Below, piece after piece: positions 1-11,612 of a DNA stretch of 64,000 bases. Both the position numbers and the translations under genes were made by a program. This DNA comes from an uncultured Enterorhabdus sp. (GTDB lineage: Bacteria; Actinomycetota; Coriobacteriia; Coriobacteriales; Eggerthellaceae). Numbering within the stretch: position 1 is the first letter of the stretch; each line of letters begins with the position of its first letter. The notes beneath the pieces were generated by a model. That model was not told the origin of the DNA. It saw only the letters and a list, made by a program, of their open reading frames with translations, and searched no databases. The stretch covers positions 4,757-68,756 of the forward strand of contig CANSQM010000009.1 in the NCBI GenBank assembly GCA_947649205.1, read 5' to 3'.

Positions 1-291
1 GCAGACGAACCCTACGGCTACCAAGCCCCAGGCCGCCATCGCCCAATTCGCCATCGTCTTCCACGTTTCCTTGATGGTCTTTTCCATAGTTGCCACGTCT
101 CCTTTCACGAGTTCGTCGATGGACGTCTCGAACAGCTCGCTCAGCAGTAGAAGGCTCTGCACATCGGGGTACGTGCGGTCGGTTTCCCAATTCGATATGG
201 TTTGGCGCGACACGAAAATGCGCTCAGCCAACTCTTCCTGGGACAGGCCGAGGCGGGCCCGATGCTCCTTCAACGACTCCTTCAGCTCCAC
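1..291 (-). CDS. XRE-family HTH regulator with C-terminal hydrophobic segment (runs off the window edge)
   Basis: Manual translation from GTG 291: MELKESLKEHRARLGLSQEELAERIFVSRQTISNWETDRTYPDVQSLLLLSELFETSIDELVKG...; GAAAGGA RBS upstream; not in the ORF track. Confidence 0.9.
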   Translation of the reverse strand, partial: MELKESLKEHRARLGLSQEELAERIFVSRQTISNWETDRTYPDVQSLLLLSELFETSIDELVKGDVATMEKTIKETWKTMANWAMAAWGLVAVGFVC

Positions 292-477
292 TGTTCCGTC
301 CTTTCGCAATCAGAGTGACATGACGGGCACCACCCTACCACCAAAACCCTTTGACATAGCCCCTCAAGAAGGAGAAAACCCCTGCCAAAAGTCTTTGACA
401 GGGGTTCTGACCTGGTGCTTTACGAAGTATCCTGCGCGGAGTGCGTCCAAGGCGTCCCGCGCGGCTCGCCGTCGCTC

Positions 478-2234
<1,757 letters not shown>

Positions 2235-2238
<4 letters not shown>

Positions 2239-3359
2239 AGGTTCTCCAACTCTTCCATCAGGGCGGAAACGATTTCCGACTCTTGCACTTTGCGAACGAT
2301 TTTACCATGGGAGAAAACAACCCCCGAGCCCGCGCCGCAGGCCACCCCAATATCGGCATCGGCGGCTTCACCGGGGCCGTTCACCACGCAGCCCATGACG
2401 GCCACCTTCACCGGCTTGCTCACGGCGGCGAGACGCTCTTCCACCTCACGGGCCAGGCCGATGAGGTTCACCTGGCAACGGCCGCAGGTCGGGCAGCTGA
2501 TGAGTTCGGGGCTGCGGCGGCGCAGGTTCAGCGAGCCCAACAGCGTCCAGCAGGCGCGTACTTCCACCACCGGATCGTCCGTGAGCGAGATGCGCATGGT
2601 GTCGCCGATACCCTCTTCCAGAAGAACCCCCAGGCCGCAGGCGCTTTTGATGATGCCCTGGAAGGCCGTGCCCGCCTCGGTCACGCCGATGTGCAGCGGC
2701 ACCGCAGGCAACGCGGCAGCCAGCAGGCGATAGGTGTCGATGGTGGTCTGCACGTCGTGGGCCTTGGCCGACACCACGATGTCGCGGAAATCGCACTCGT
2801 CTTCGAAGAAGCGCACGTACTCGGTGGCCGAGGCCACCAGCTTCTCGGACAGCGTGAGGTCCTGGCGCTCGGCGATGGCGTCGTCGAGCGAGCCAGCGTT
2901 TACCCCGATGCGAATGGGAATGGCCGCCTCGGCTGCGGCGGCGATCACCGCGCGGGTGGCCTCCAGGCCCCCGATGTTGCCCGGGTTGATGCGCAGCTTG
3001 GCCGCGCCCCGTCGGGCCGCCTCGATGGCGATGCGGGCGTCGAAGTGAATGTCGGCCACCACAGGCAGCGGCGACGCGGCGCACACGGCCTCGAAGGCAT
3101 CGAGGCAGTCGCGGCGGGGAATGGCCATGCGCACGATCTCGCAGCCGGCCTCGGCCAGGGCTTCGATCTGGGCCAAGTTCGCCGCTACGTCGTCGGCCGG
3201 GGCATTCAGCATCGACTGCACAGCCACCGGCGCCCCGCCGCCGACAGGAACCGCGCCCACCATCACGCGGCGCGTGCGATCATGGGGCTTGCAGGCCGAG
3301 CCGTCGGCCGTAGCCGTCGGGGCGCCCTCCGGCGCGCAGGGCTTCAATGCGTCACTCAT
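2235..3359 (-). CDS. ispG: (E)-4-hydroxy-3-methylbut-2-enyl-diphosphate synthase
   Basis: VAVQSM, PVVADIHFD, LRINPGNIG, IRIGVNAGSL, LHIGVTEAG, SCPTCGR, VAVMGCVVNGPGE. Confidence 0.98.
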
Positions 3360-3446
3360 AGGCGTTCCTTACTGAGAACGAAACTGATTCCCCCATTATA
3401 GAGCAGGGACGATACCGCGATCGTCCCTGCACATCATTCGTATCGC
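3357..3446 (-). promoter_or_regulatory. ispG leader (RBS, TATAAT, hairpin); copy 1 of a duplicated module
   Basis: TATAAT on - strand at 3395-3400; 11-bp stem 3403-3413/3420-3430; similar to 4520-4606. Confidence 0.7.
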
Positions 3447-3475
3447 CTCTCCAAGAGCGGCAACGGATTTTCCCT

Positions 3476-4522
3476 TTACCCTCGTTCGGCATTCGCTGCG
3501 CTTATTCTTCGCCGCGCCCGTTCAATAGAGAGGCGCAGTTTCTCTTCCAGCAGCTTTCGATCGGGCAGCTGCGTCAGATACTCTGCGACGCGAATGCTTC
3601 CCTCATCAAGGCCCATGAGCTCAATGTGCTCGTCGTTCTTGCCCGAACAAAGAATCAGGCCGATAGGCGCATTCTCGCCTTCGACCATTTCATGCTTCTC
3701 AAGCCAACGAAGATACAACTCCATCTGCCCCTTGTACGCGGCTTCGAATTTCCCAAGTTTCAGTTCAATGGCCACGAGACGACGCAGACGCCGATGAAAG
3801 AACAGGAGATCGAGATAGTAATCCTCGCCATCGATGGTGATGCGCTTTTGTCGATCGAGAAATGCGAAATCATTCCCCAGTTCCGTAATGAACTGCTGCA
3901 ACTCGGCAATGATGGCCGTTTCCAAATCGCGCTCTGAATAGCTGTCGCGCAAGCCGAGATAGTCGAGGAAGTAGGGGTCGCGAAACACCAATTCCTCTGA
4001 CACTTCACCCGTTTCTCGCAGCCGCATCAGGTCGTTCTCGATGGTCTCCTCGGGCTTCTTGCTAATGGCTGTACGCTCGAAGAGCATGGACTTGATGCGC
4101 CCATTCAGCGTGCGCGAGCTCCAATGGTTCAGCTTGCACATTTCTGCGTAGAAATCGCGTTCTACAGGGTTTTCTATATAGGAAAGCGTCCTCATGCTTG
4201 TCCAACTCAATTCTCTACGCAGTGCGTAGAATTTCTCATCATGGGGAAATACCTTCGCAAGGCGCATGCAGTGACGCAGGTGTTGAACGCCCCACCCGCG
4301 TCCATAGGCCTCGGTCAACCTTTTCGAGAGGCCCCTCACCACATCCGCTCCGTACTCGGCGCGCTCGCCGCCGAGCACCTTCTGATTGATGGCGTTTCCC
4401 ACCTGCCAGTACAGCTCGGTCATCTCAGCGTTGACGGTAGTGGCAACCTGCTTGTGGCTCTCGCGGATGAGTCTCGAGATCTCCGAGAAGAGTTCGCCGT
4501 CCTGCGCTGTAATCTCAGACAT
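3476..4522 (-). CDS. YhcG/DUF1016-family PD-(D/E)XK nuclease domain protein
   Basis: LYWQVG, LSWTSMRTL, FRDPYFLDYLGL, SERDLE, FITELGNDFAF, DLLFFHRRLRRLVAIELK, GQMELYL, PIGLILC. Confidence 0.92.
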   Translation of the reverse strand: MSEITAQDGELFSEISRLIRESHKQVATTVNAEMTELYWQVGNAINQKVLGGERAEYGADVVRGLSKRLTEAYGRGWGVQHLRHCMRLAKVFPHDEKFYALRRELSWTSMRTLSYIENPVERDFYAEMCKLNHWSSRTLNGRIKSMLFERTAISKKPEETIENDLMRLRETGEVSEELVFRDPYFLDYLGLRDSYSERDLETAIIAELQQFITELGNDFAFLDRQKRITIDGEDYYLDLLFFHRRLRRLVAIELKLGKFEAAYKGQMELYLRWLEKHEMVEGENAPIGLILCSGKNDEHIELMGLDEGSIRVAEYLTQLPDRKLLEEKLRLSIERARRRISAANAERG

Positions 4523-4606
4523 AGGCTTTCCTTAGAACGCGATAAGTCGCCCTATTATAAAGCCAGGGACGGCCCGCAAGCCGTCCCCATACATCATTCA
4601 TTTCGC
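4520..4606 (-). promoter_or_regulatory. YhcG leader; copy 2 of the ispG-like leader module
   Basis: TATAAT on - strand at 4554-4559; stem GGGACGGC/GCCGTCCC; ACATCATTC block shared with 3431-3439. Confidence 0.7.
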
Positions 4607-4621
4607 TGTGCGCGGCAGGGC

Positions 4622-5728
4622 TTACCAATTGCCAAAGACGAAGCGCTGGATATCCTGGTTCAGCATGATGACAAAGAAGCCGAGGAACAGGGCCATGCCG
4701 GCCATGGACATGTAGTTCATGGCCTTCTGGGACACGGTGCGGCGCGTGCCCTTCTGGAAGATTTCCACCACGAAGCGGCCGCCGTCCAGCGGCGGGATGG
4801 GCAGTAGGTTCATGATGCCGAGCGACACCGAGATCATGGCCATGAACTCCAGACCCTGCACGAGACCGGCCTGGAAGAAGTCCTTCGACATGACGGCGAT
4901 GCCCACGATGGAGGTGGAATCGGACACCGTCTGGGCCGCCGTCGCGGGGTTGAACAGGCCCGCCACCGCCTGCACCACCATGCCGATGTACATGAAGCCG
5001 GCCTGAAGCGCCTGGAGCACCGAGGCGTGAATCGTGGTGACCTCGCCAGTCTCGGGGTGCTGCACCTGGAAGCCGATAACCGAGAACACCAGGATGAACA
5101 CGATCATGGCGAACAGCAGGTTCGTGGCAATGCCGGCCAGCAGGATGACCGAGCGCTTCCAGAAGGGCAGCGACCGGTACTGCTGGCGGTACTCGCTTTC
5201 GTAAAGGGCGCGCTCGTTCTCCACCGGGCGCGCCTCGCCCAGCTCATAGGAGGGCAGTGCCTTGCCTGCGGCCGTAGCCTTCTTGAGCTGGCGCTTCGTG
5301 GGAGCCACGCGCGGAGCACGGTAAGTGTTGAACTGATCGGCTTTCTGCGGGCCGATGACGCTGCCCCATTCCACCAGCTCTTCCAGGGCCTCGTAGGCCG
5401 CATCGTCGGAAATGCCGCAATCGCGAGCCACATCCTCCATGTTGGCGGTGCCGCGCCGGTACAGGGCCGCGAGCACTTCCTGCAGGTGCGGCTGCAAAGG
5501 GCCGGCCTCCATGCCGCACACCTTGGCATAGCCGCCCAGCGGCACGGCCGTCACGCCGAAGCGGGTCTCGCCGCGGGTGAAGCCCACCGACGGGCCGGGA
5601 AGGCCGAGCATGAACTCGGTCACGCGAATGCCGAACGCGCGGGCCGCCAGGAAATGGCCGCCCTCGTGGATGAACACGAGGAAGCCGATGGTGATGACGG
5701 CGCACACGAGCATGATGAGAATATCCAC
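4622..5728 (-). CDS. rseP: M50 site-2 protease (RseP-like), no PDZ domain, internal HTH-like segment
   Basis: HEGGH zinc motif, NLLPIPPLDGG motif, position between dxr and ispG. Confidence 0.88.
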   Translation of the reverse strand: MDILIMLVCAVITIGFLVFIHEGGHFLAARAFGIRVTEFMLGLPGPSVGFTRGETRFGVTAVPLGGYAKVCGMEAGPLQPHLQEVLAALYRRGTANMEDVARDCGISDDAAYEALEELVEWGSVIGPQKADQFNTYRAPRVAPTKRQLKKATAAGKALPSYELGEARPVENERALYESEYRQQYRSLPFWKRSVILLAGIATNLLFAMIVFILVFSVIGFQVQHPETGEVTTIHASVLQALQAGFMYIGMVVQAVAGLFNPATAAQTVSDSTSIVGIAVMSKDFFQAGLVQGLEFMAMISVSLGIMNLLPIPPLDGGRFVVEIFQKGTRRTVSQKAMNYMSMAGMALFLGFFVIMLNQDIQRFVFGNW

Positions 5729-5941
5729 TCACTAACTCCTTTGAATGAGAATCGTTGGTCGCCGGCCCCGTCCTTGACGGGCCGACGGGCGTGTATCGCC
5801 GCTCATTATAAGGAGCGCCCCCGATCGCGCCTTCCCGCAGCAGGGTCGCCCTTGAAATAACTACAAGGGGCCTACGGGGCCTTCACAGCTACGGCGAAAA
5901 CGGAAGCCGGAGCGGCTCGGAACGCGACGCTGACGGACATG

Positions 5942-6048
5942 GCGGGCGGTTCCGGGCGACGGAAGCGAGTATTGCGGGCGGCTCCAAACAGCGGGAGAGC
6001 GTTGTCGCGGGCGGTTCCGGGCGACGGAAGCGGGAATTGCGGGCGGCT
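5942..6048. repeat. Two 42-bp direct repeats (5942-5983, 6007-6048; 2 mismatches), plus a degenerate third copy near 6065-6093
   Basis: gcgggcggttccgggcgacggaagcg(a/g)g(t/a)attgcgggcggct read directly. Confidence 0.85.
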
Positions 6049-6301
6049 GCCCGAGCGACGCCGCTGCGACGGGAAGGGGAATTGGGGAAGGCTCTGGGAC
6101 GACGCCGGAACGGTGCGCGGCGGGAATCAAGTGCGATGTTCCCGCGACATTTCTACGGTTTTGGGAGCCTACAGTAGGCGCCGTCGAACGCGAGCCGACC
6201 CAGCTCTCCCCTCTTCCCTCTTCGGACATCGGGCCATCCCTCGCGTTCGGCGTTTCCATCGACCCGCGCGCCTTCCGGGCCAGCGCAGAAAGGAGCCTTC
6301 C

Positions 6302-9300
6302 ATGGATCCCACTCGTCCAGACCTCGCGCGGCCCGCTCCGGGCCGCGCCCAAAAGATCGTCAGCGCCATCATGGCGTTCCTCCTCATGGCATGCATCATG
6401 CCCTTCACCACACCGGCGACCGTCGTCGCCCAAGCTGACGAGCAAAGCACCGTGCCCGTCATGCTCCATTTCAAGGATGAGGCCGGAGAGACCATCGACT
6501 ACGCCGGTTACGAGGCCCCCTATCTGCGCGACGGGGACGACCTCGTCGTAACGGTGAACGACGATCCGGCCACCCTGCACTATGGCGACAACCTGTCCTT
6601 CGAGGTGTACGAGAACTACGCCGCCTTCAACTACGAGCAGCGCGACATCACCGCCGAGTGCTCCTATGATGCCGAAGCGGGCACGGTACGCCTTCCGGCC
6701 GCCTACGAAGAGGGCCGCGACAGCCTCGGGATCATCTTCTGGCTCTCACCCGCCCATCCCGCCTACGAGCGCTATGTCCTGGCCGACCTCGACACCGACG
6801 ACGTGACCATCACCTATGATGACCAGGAGATCACCTTCTCTTCCGACATCCCCGGCCTCGTGCGCGCGGCCACGGGGGCTGCGGAATCCGGTGAGAGCGC
6901 CCGCACCTTCCCCGGGCAGGCCGAGAAGCGCTATCAGCTGAACCCCCACACGCGCCTCGAGAACTTCACCGACCAGCAGATCGAGAAGCAGAAGGCCTAC
7001 GGGTTCCCGCCGGAAAAAGTGGGCAGCTACGGATTCGGCGTGCTCTTCAGCGCTTCCCAGATATGGGAGAACGGCAAGCCCAACAGCACCCACTTCAACG
7101 ACTGGTTCCTCGATGTGAACGACAGCTCCTTCGATGCCGCCGTGGACCTCTACCTGTGGGATACGGTGGCGGCCCGCAACGGATCGGCCGCCCAGTTCGC
7201 CACGGCCCAGACCGGCAGCCATTATTACGACCGCTACGTCACCACCGGCCGCGACTTCTTCGATGCCGGCATCAGCTCGGGCACAGCGCCCACCAACCGC
7301 GCCATGGCCCACGGCACCTGCGGGTCGTCCAACGTGAACAACGGCTACGGCGCCGTGACCACCAATCCCGCCGGCGATAACTACATCGTTTTCAAGGGCA
7401 CCTATGCGGGGCCTCAGACGCAGTATCAGGGCTGGTACAAGTTCTACTACAAATTCGATGCCATGTCCGCCGCCACGGGCAACGAGTTCCAGGATGTCGT
7501 GGGCTACCTGCTCGCTGCACCCGTAACCACCGGGAAGGCCCAGCTTACCAAGGTGTCTACCGAGCCGGCCATCTCCGATGCCAATGGGAACTACTCCCTT
7601 GAGCACGGCGTGTTCGCCGCCTTCGACGGGCAATCTGCTGCCGAGGCGGCATCGCGCCAGGCCCAGAGCGGCACCTGGGACACCTGGGAGGAGGCACGCA
7701 CCTGGGCCGACCAGAACGCGAGTTTCACCTTCGTGACCGATAGCGGCGGCGCGAGCAACGTCGTCGAGGACATCGAGGCCGGCACGTACTACGTTGCCGA
7801 GCTCTTCGCGCCCCCCGGCTTCCGCTTGGCGTCGTCCGTCAAGGCTCTCGCTGTGGAAGCCTCGAGCGATGCCGAGGCCGTAAGCTCTCTCGCCTTCGAG
7901 GACGTGCCCCAGCAGGGCTCCATCGACCTGCTCAAGCAATCGAATTATCCCGAGCTGACCGACAACAATCCCGGCTATACCCTCGCCGGCGCCACCTACG
8001 GCATCTACCGCGACGAGGCATGCACGCAGCTCGCTCGCGAATTGCGCACCGACCTGACAGCCGAGGGAGACGGCTATGCCCGGGCCGACGGGCTGCCCGT
8101 AGGGTCCTATTGGGTGCGCGAGACGAAGCGTCCGCTCCAGGGCTTCGCCCTCGATACCCGCATCTACCCCGTTACCGTCAGCGACGGCACCGTGGTCCGC
8201 GTCAACACCACCGCCGTCACCGACAAGGCGAAGCTAAACCCTCTGTCCATTTTCATCCAGAAACGGGATGCCCAAAGCAAGGAGAATTTTGCCCAAGGTG
8301 CGGCGACCCTGGGGGACGCGCACTTCCGTATCGACTATCATGACGTAAAGGACGGCACAGCGTCGTCCATCGCTCCCTTAACGCCGCGAGCCAGCTGGGT
8401 CGTGCGCACCAACGATGAGGGCGCGTTCGTACTGAAAGACGCGGAAGGTAGCTTCACGCACATGGACAAGAACGGGCAAGAGACGCAGCTCCCCTACAAA
8501 GTGAGCGGATCCGATTTCTACAAGCTCTCTGACGGCACCATCGCCATGCCCATCGGCACCTACGCCATCCAAGAGGTGAAGGCCCCCGAGGGCTACCGAC
8601 TCGACCCCACCGTACGCGTGCGCCACATCACCGATGCCGACCACGACGGCGAGATCATCGAGACCTATGACGCCGAGGAGAACGGCGACCTCGTAACCGA
8701 TCAAGTCGTGCGCTCCGATCTGCGTTTCATGAAGCGGGCCGAGGGGGCTGCGAAGCTAGCGGGCATTCCCTTTAAGCTCACCTCCAAGACGACGGGCGAG
8801 TGGCACATCATCGTCACCGACAAGAACGGCCTCGCCTCCACGGAGTCCACCGCAGCCCATCCCCACGACCAGCGCACGAACAGCAACGACGAGCAGTTCC
8901 GCGCCCCCGACGGCAGCTTCCGCATGCCCCTCACCCTGGACGTAGACGCCCTCGACCCCACCGCCGGCACCTGGTTCGGCCTGCGGGCCGACGGCACGGC
9001 CATCGATCCCGACAACGAGCAGGGAGCTTTGCCCTTCGACACCTACGAATTGGAGGAGCTGCGCTGCCCCGCCAACGAGTTGTTCCAGATGATCCATGAT
9101 GAGATCGTCGTGGATGAGAGCGACCAGGACCTGGCCATCGACCTGGGCACGCTCAACAACACCGCCGCCGGACGCCCCTCCATCCGCACGAGCGCCTATG
9201 ACGGCATCTCCAACGATCTCTGCGACCGCGAGATCAGCGCCGATGCCGATGTGTCCATCGTGGATCGCGTGACCTATTCCGGCCTCAAGCCGGGCGAGTC

Positions 9301-10126
9301 TTACGAGTTGCAAGCCGTGCTGATGGACAAGTCCACCGGCGAGCCCTTCCTCGCCGATGAGGCCGAGGTGGCCGCATCCGCCACCTTCACGCCGAGCGAC
9401 TACAACGGCTACCAGAACATCGAGCTGCACTTCGATGCCTCGGCCATCGAGGAATCCACCGAGTTGGTCGTGTTCGAGACCCTTCTCAAGGATGGCTCGG
9501 AGGTGGCCGCCCACCACGATATCGACGATCGCAAGCAGACCATTACCGCTAACCCCATCACCATCACGACCTCCGCCCGCGACAGCGTGAGCGGTACCCA
9601 CGAGGGCGAACCGGCCGAAGGGGTCACGATCATCGATGCCGTGAGCTACCAGGGCCTCACCCCGGGCTTCGAATACCGCCTTGTGGCCCTGCTCATGGAC
9701 AAGCAGAGCGGCGAGCCCTTCGCCGTGGGCGACGAGATCATCACCGCCGAGAAGACCTTCGTGCCCGAGCACAGCGATGGCATCGTGGAAGTGGAGATCG
9801 CCATCCCCGGCACCGATCTTGATGGCGCGAGCCTCGTCGTCTTCGAGTCGCTCTACCATGGCGATGCGGAGGTGGCCCTCCACGCCGACCTGGAGGACGA
9901 GGGGCAGACGGTCACCTACGGCTACCCCGACCTGCCGCTGCCTCCCACGGGCGGCACCGAGGAGACCGAGCCTCAGGAACCCGAGCCGAGCCAGGACGCC
10001 CCGCGCGCTCCCGGACGCTTGGCCCAAACAGGCGACGGCAACCTCGTGCCCATCTGCATCGCGGCCCTGGCCGCCTGCTTCGGCGGGGCCCTGGCCTGGT
10101 GTAGCTTCCGCAATCGCCGCAAGTAG
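6302..10126 (+). CDS. Sortase-anchored surface protein with SpaA-like isopeptide domains and two VaFE/T-Q ester-bond domains
   Basis: AAGGAG RBS before ATG 6302; signal peptide; HxDxxDxxQ twice (HHDIDDRKQ, HADLEDEGQ); LAQTG, hydrophobic helix and basic tail. Confidence 0.88.
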   Translation: MDPTRPDLARPAPGRAQKIVSAIMAFLLMACIMPFTTPATVVAQADEQSTVPVMLHFKDEAGETIDYAGYEAPYLRDGDDLVVTVNDDPATLHYGDNLSFEVYENYAAFNYEQRDITAECSYDAEAGTVRLPAAYEEGRDSLGIIFWLSPAHPAYERYVLADLDTDDVTITYDDQEITFSSDIPGLVRAATGAAESGESARTFPGQAEKRYQLNPHTRLENFTDQQIEKQKAYGFPPEKVGSYGFGVLFSASQIWENGKPNSTHFNDWFLDVNDSSFDAAVDLYLWDTVAARNGSAAQFATAQTGSHYYDRYVTTGRDFFDAGISSGTAPTNRAMAHGTCGSSNVNNGYGAVTTNPAGDNYIVFKGTYAGPQTQYQGWYKFYYKFDAMSAATGNEFQDVVGYLLAAPVTTGKAQLTKVSTEPAISDANGNYSLEHGVFAAFDGQSAAEAASRQAQSGTWDTWEEARTWADQNASFTFVTDSGGASNVVEDIEAGTYYVAELFAPPGFRLASSVKALAVEASSDAEAVSSLAFEDVPQQGSIDLLKQSNYPELTDNNPGYTLAGATYGIYRDEACTQLARELRTDLTAEGDGYARADGLPVGSYWVRETKRPLQGFALDTRIYPVTVSDGTVVRVNTTAVTDKAKLNPLSIFIQKRDAQSKENFAQGAATLGDAHFRIDYHDVKDGTASSIAPLTPRASWVVRTNDEGAFVLKDAEGSFTHMDKNGQETQLPYKVSGSDFYKLSDGTIAMPIGTYAIQEVKAPEGYRLDPTVRVRHITDADHDGEIIETYDAEENGDLVTDQVVRSDLRFMKRAEGAAKLAGIPFKLTSKTTGEWHIIVTDKNGLASTESTAAHPHDQRTNSNDEQFRAPDGSFRMPLTLDVDALDPTAGTWFGLRADGTAIDPDNEQGALPFDTYELEELRCPANELFQMIHDEIVVDESDQDLAIDLGTLNNTAAGRPSIRTSAYDGISNDLCDREISADADVSIVDRVTYSGLKPGESYELQAVLMDKSTGEPFLADEAEVAASATFTPSDYNGYQNIELHFDASAIEESTELVVFETLLKDGSEVAAHHDIDDRKQTITANPITITTSARDSVSGTHEGEPAEGVTIIDAVSYQGLTPGFEYRLVALLMDKQSGEPFAVGDEIITAEKTFVPEHSDGIVEVEIAIPGTDLDGASLVVFESLYHGDAEVALHADLEDEGQTVTYGYPDLPLPPTGGTEETEPQEPEPSQDAPRAPGRLAQTGDGNLVPICIAALAACFGGALAWCSFRNRRK

Positions 10127-10131
10127 CCACA

Positions 10132-10156
10132 GCCGGGCGGCCCCGGGCCGCCCGGC
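10132..10156 (+). terminator. GC-rich hairpin after the VaFE gene
   Basis: 11-bp perfect stem gccgggcggcc/ggccgcccggc; no U-tract. Confidence 0.55.
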
Positions 10157-10164
10157 CCCTACTC

Positions 10165-10323
10165 GACACCACGACCAAAACCATTACGGTCACACTCCCC
10201 CTCTGGCTCATTGCCGCTCTCGACGAAGAAGCCAGCCGACGCGGCATGACCCGCAAGGGAGTCATCAACATGTGGCTCGTCGACCGCGCCGACAAGGAGC
10301 GTCAGCGCGTGCTGCGAGGTTAG
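10165..10323 (+). pseudogene. 5'-truncated ribbon-helix-helix (BrnA/CopG-like) antitoxin remnant
   Basis: Manual translation DTTTKTITVTLPLWLIAALDEEASRRGMTRKGVINMWLVDRADKERQRVLRG*; no upstream start codon in frame. Confidence 0.65.
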
Positions 10324-11570
10324 CGAGCGGCGCACCACAAGCGGGCTTGGGCGCGGGCCCAACCGTCCACGGCCTCTAGCTGATCGAGGCTCTCCACCAT
10401 CTGGACGGCCGCCCGCTCGTGGGCGTCCATAGTGGCCTCCACGCAGGCGGCAATGTCCAAGTAGCCGATCTGCTCGGCCAGAAACGCCGCCACGGCCACC
10501 TCGTTGGCAGCGTTCATAACGGCAGGCAGCGTGCCCCCCACCTCACCGGCATGGCGGGCCAGAGGCAGGCAGCGGAACGTATCCGTATCGGGAGCCGCAA
10601 ACTCCAAGGTGCCCAGGGTGCGGAAGTCGAGGGGAGCCACCGGCGCTTCCCAGCGAGCCGGATAGGACAGGGCGAACTGGATGGGAATGCGCATGTCAGT
10701 CGTGCCGAGGTGCGCGAGCACCGATCCGTCGGTGAACTCCACCATGGAATGGATGGCGCTCTGAGGCTGCACCACCACCTCGATCTGGTCGTAGGGCATG
10801 GCGAACAGATGGTGCGCCTCGATCACCTCGAGGCCCTTGTTCATGAGGGTAGAGGAGTCGATGGAGATTTTGGCCCCCATGTTCCAGGTGGGATGGGCCA
10901 GGGCCTGGGCCGGCGTGATGGCCGTCAGCTCGTCGCGGGTCTTCTCCCGGAAGGGGCCGCCCGAGGCTGTCACCCACAGCTTGGACACCTCCCGGGGGTT
11001 CTCCCCCAGAAGGCACTGGTAGATGGCACCGTGCTCGGAATCGATGGGCATGAGCGCCCCCGCCGGACCCGTGGCTGGGGCCACGCCGTCGGCGCGGCGC
11101 TGCTCGTCGAGGCGAGCCGCGAGGGGCATAATGAGGTCGCCCCCCACCACGAGCGACTCCTTATTGGCCAAAGCCAGCACCTTGCCCGCAGCCAGGGCAT
11201 CGTAGCTCGCCCGCAGGCCCGCGGCGCCCACCAGGGCGTTCACTACCACATCGGCCTCGGGCAGCTGGGCCAGGGCCGCCACCGCCTCGGGCCCCACGGC
11301 GAAGGAGGCCTCGCTCTCGCCCGCAGTGCCGGGCAGCGCAGCCACCAGGGTACGCGCCTCGTCACAGCGGGGGTCGCCGGCCAGGGCCGCATCGCCCACG
11401 GCCAGATGGCGCACGCCGAACGCGCGGGCCTGGGCAAGCAGGCCGTCCAGGCTCCCATGCACGGCGAGCCCCACCACTTCCAGCTGGTCGCCATGCTGTC
11501 GCACCACGTCCAGCGTCTGGGTGCCGATGGAGCCAGTCGATCCGAGAACGACGATGCGGCGCTTGCTCAT
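10320..11570 (-). CDS. dxr: 1-deoxy-D-xylulose 5-phosphate reductoisomerase
   Basis: LGSTGSIGTQTLDV, LALANKESLV, PIDSEHGAI, TASGGPF, HPTWNMGAKISIDS, MNKGLEVIEA. Confidence 0.98.
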   Translation of the reverse strand: MSKRRIVVLGSTGSIGTQTLDVVRQHGDQLEVVGLAVHGSLDGLLAQARAFGVRHLAVGDAALAGDPRCDEARTLVAALPGTAGESEASFAVGPEAVAALAQLPEADVVVNALVGAAGLRASYDALAAGKVLALANKESLVVGGDLIMPLAARLDEQRRADGVAPATGPAGALMPIDSEHGAIYQCLLGENPREVSKLWVTASGGPFREKTRDELTAITPAQALAHPTWNMGAKISIDSSTLMNKGLEVIEAHHLFAMPYDQIEVVVQPQSAIHSMVEFTDGSVLAHLGTTDMRIPIQFALSYPARWEAPVAPLDFRTLGTLEFAAPDTDTFRCLPLARHAGEVGGTLPAVMNAANEVAVAAFLAEQIGYLDIAACVEATMDAHERAAVQMVESLDQLEAVDGWARAQARLWCAAR

Positions 11571-11612
11571 GGGCCTGCCTTTCAGGTCGGGAACAGAAGG
11601 CGAGACGCCGCC

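Noticed and set aside
5939-6301. Long N-terminal extensions in the ORF track (also 19228, 23024, 40347, 46743, 57868, 61694 starts)
   Set aside because: Downstream starts have clear RBSs or stop/start overlaps and give proper signal peptides; the extensions read through intergenic DNA or neighbouring genes.
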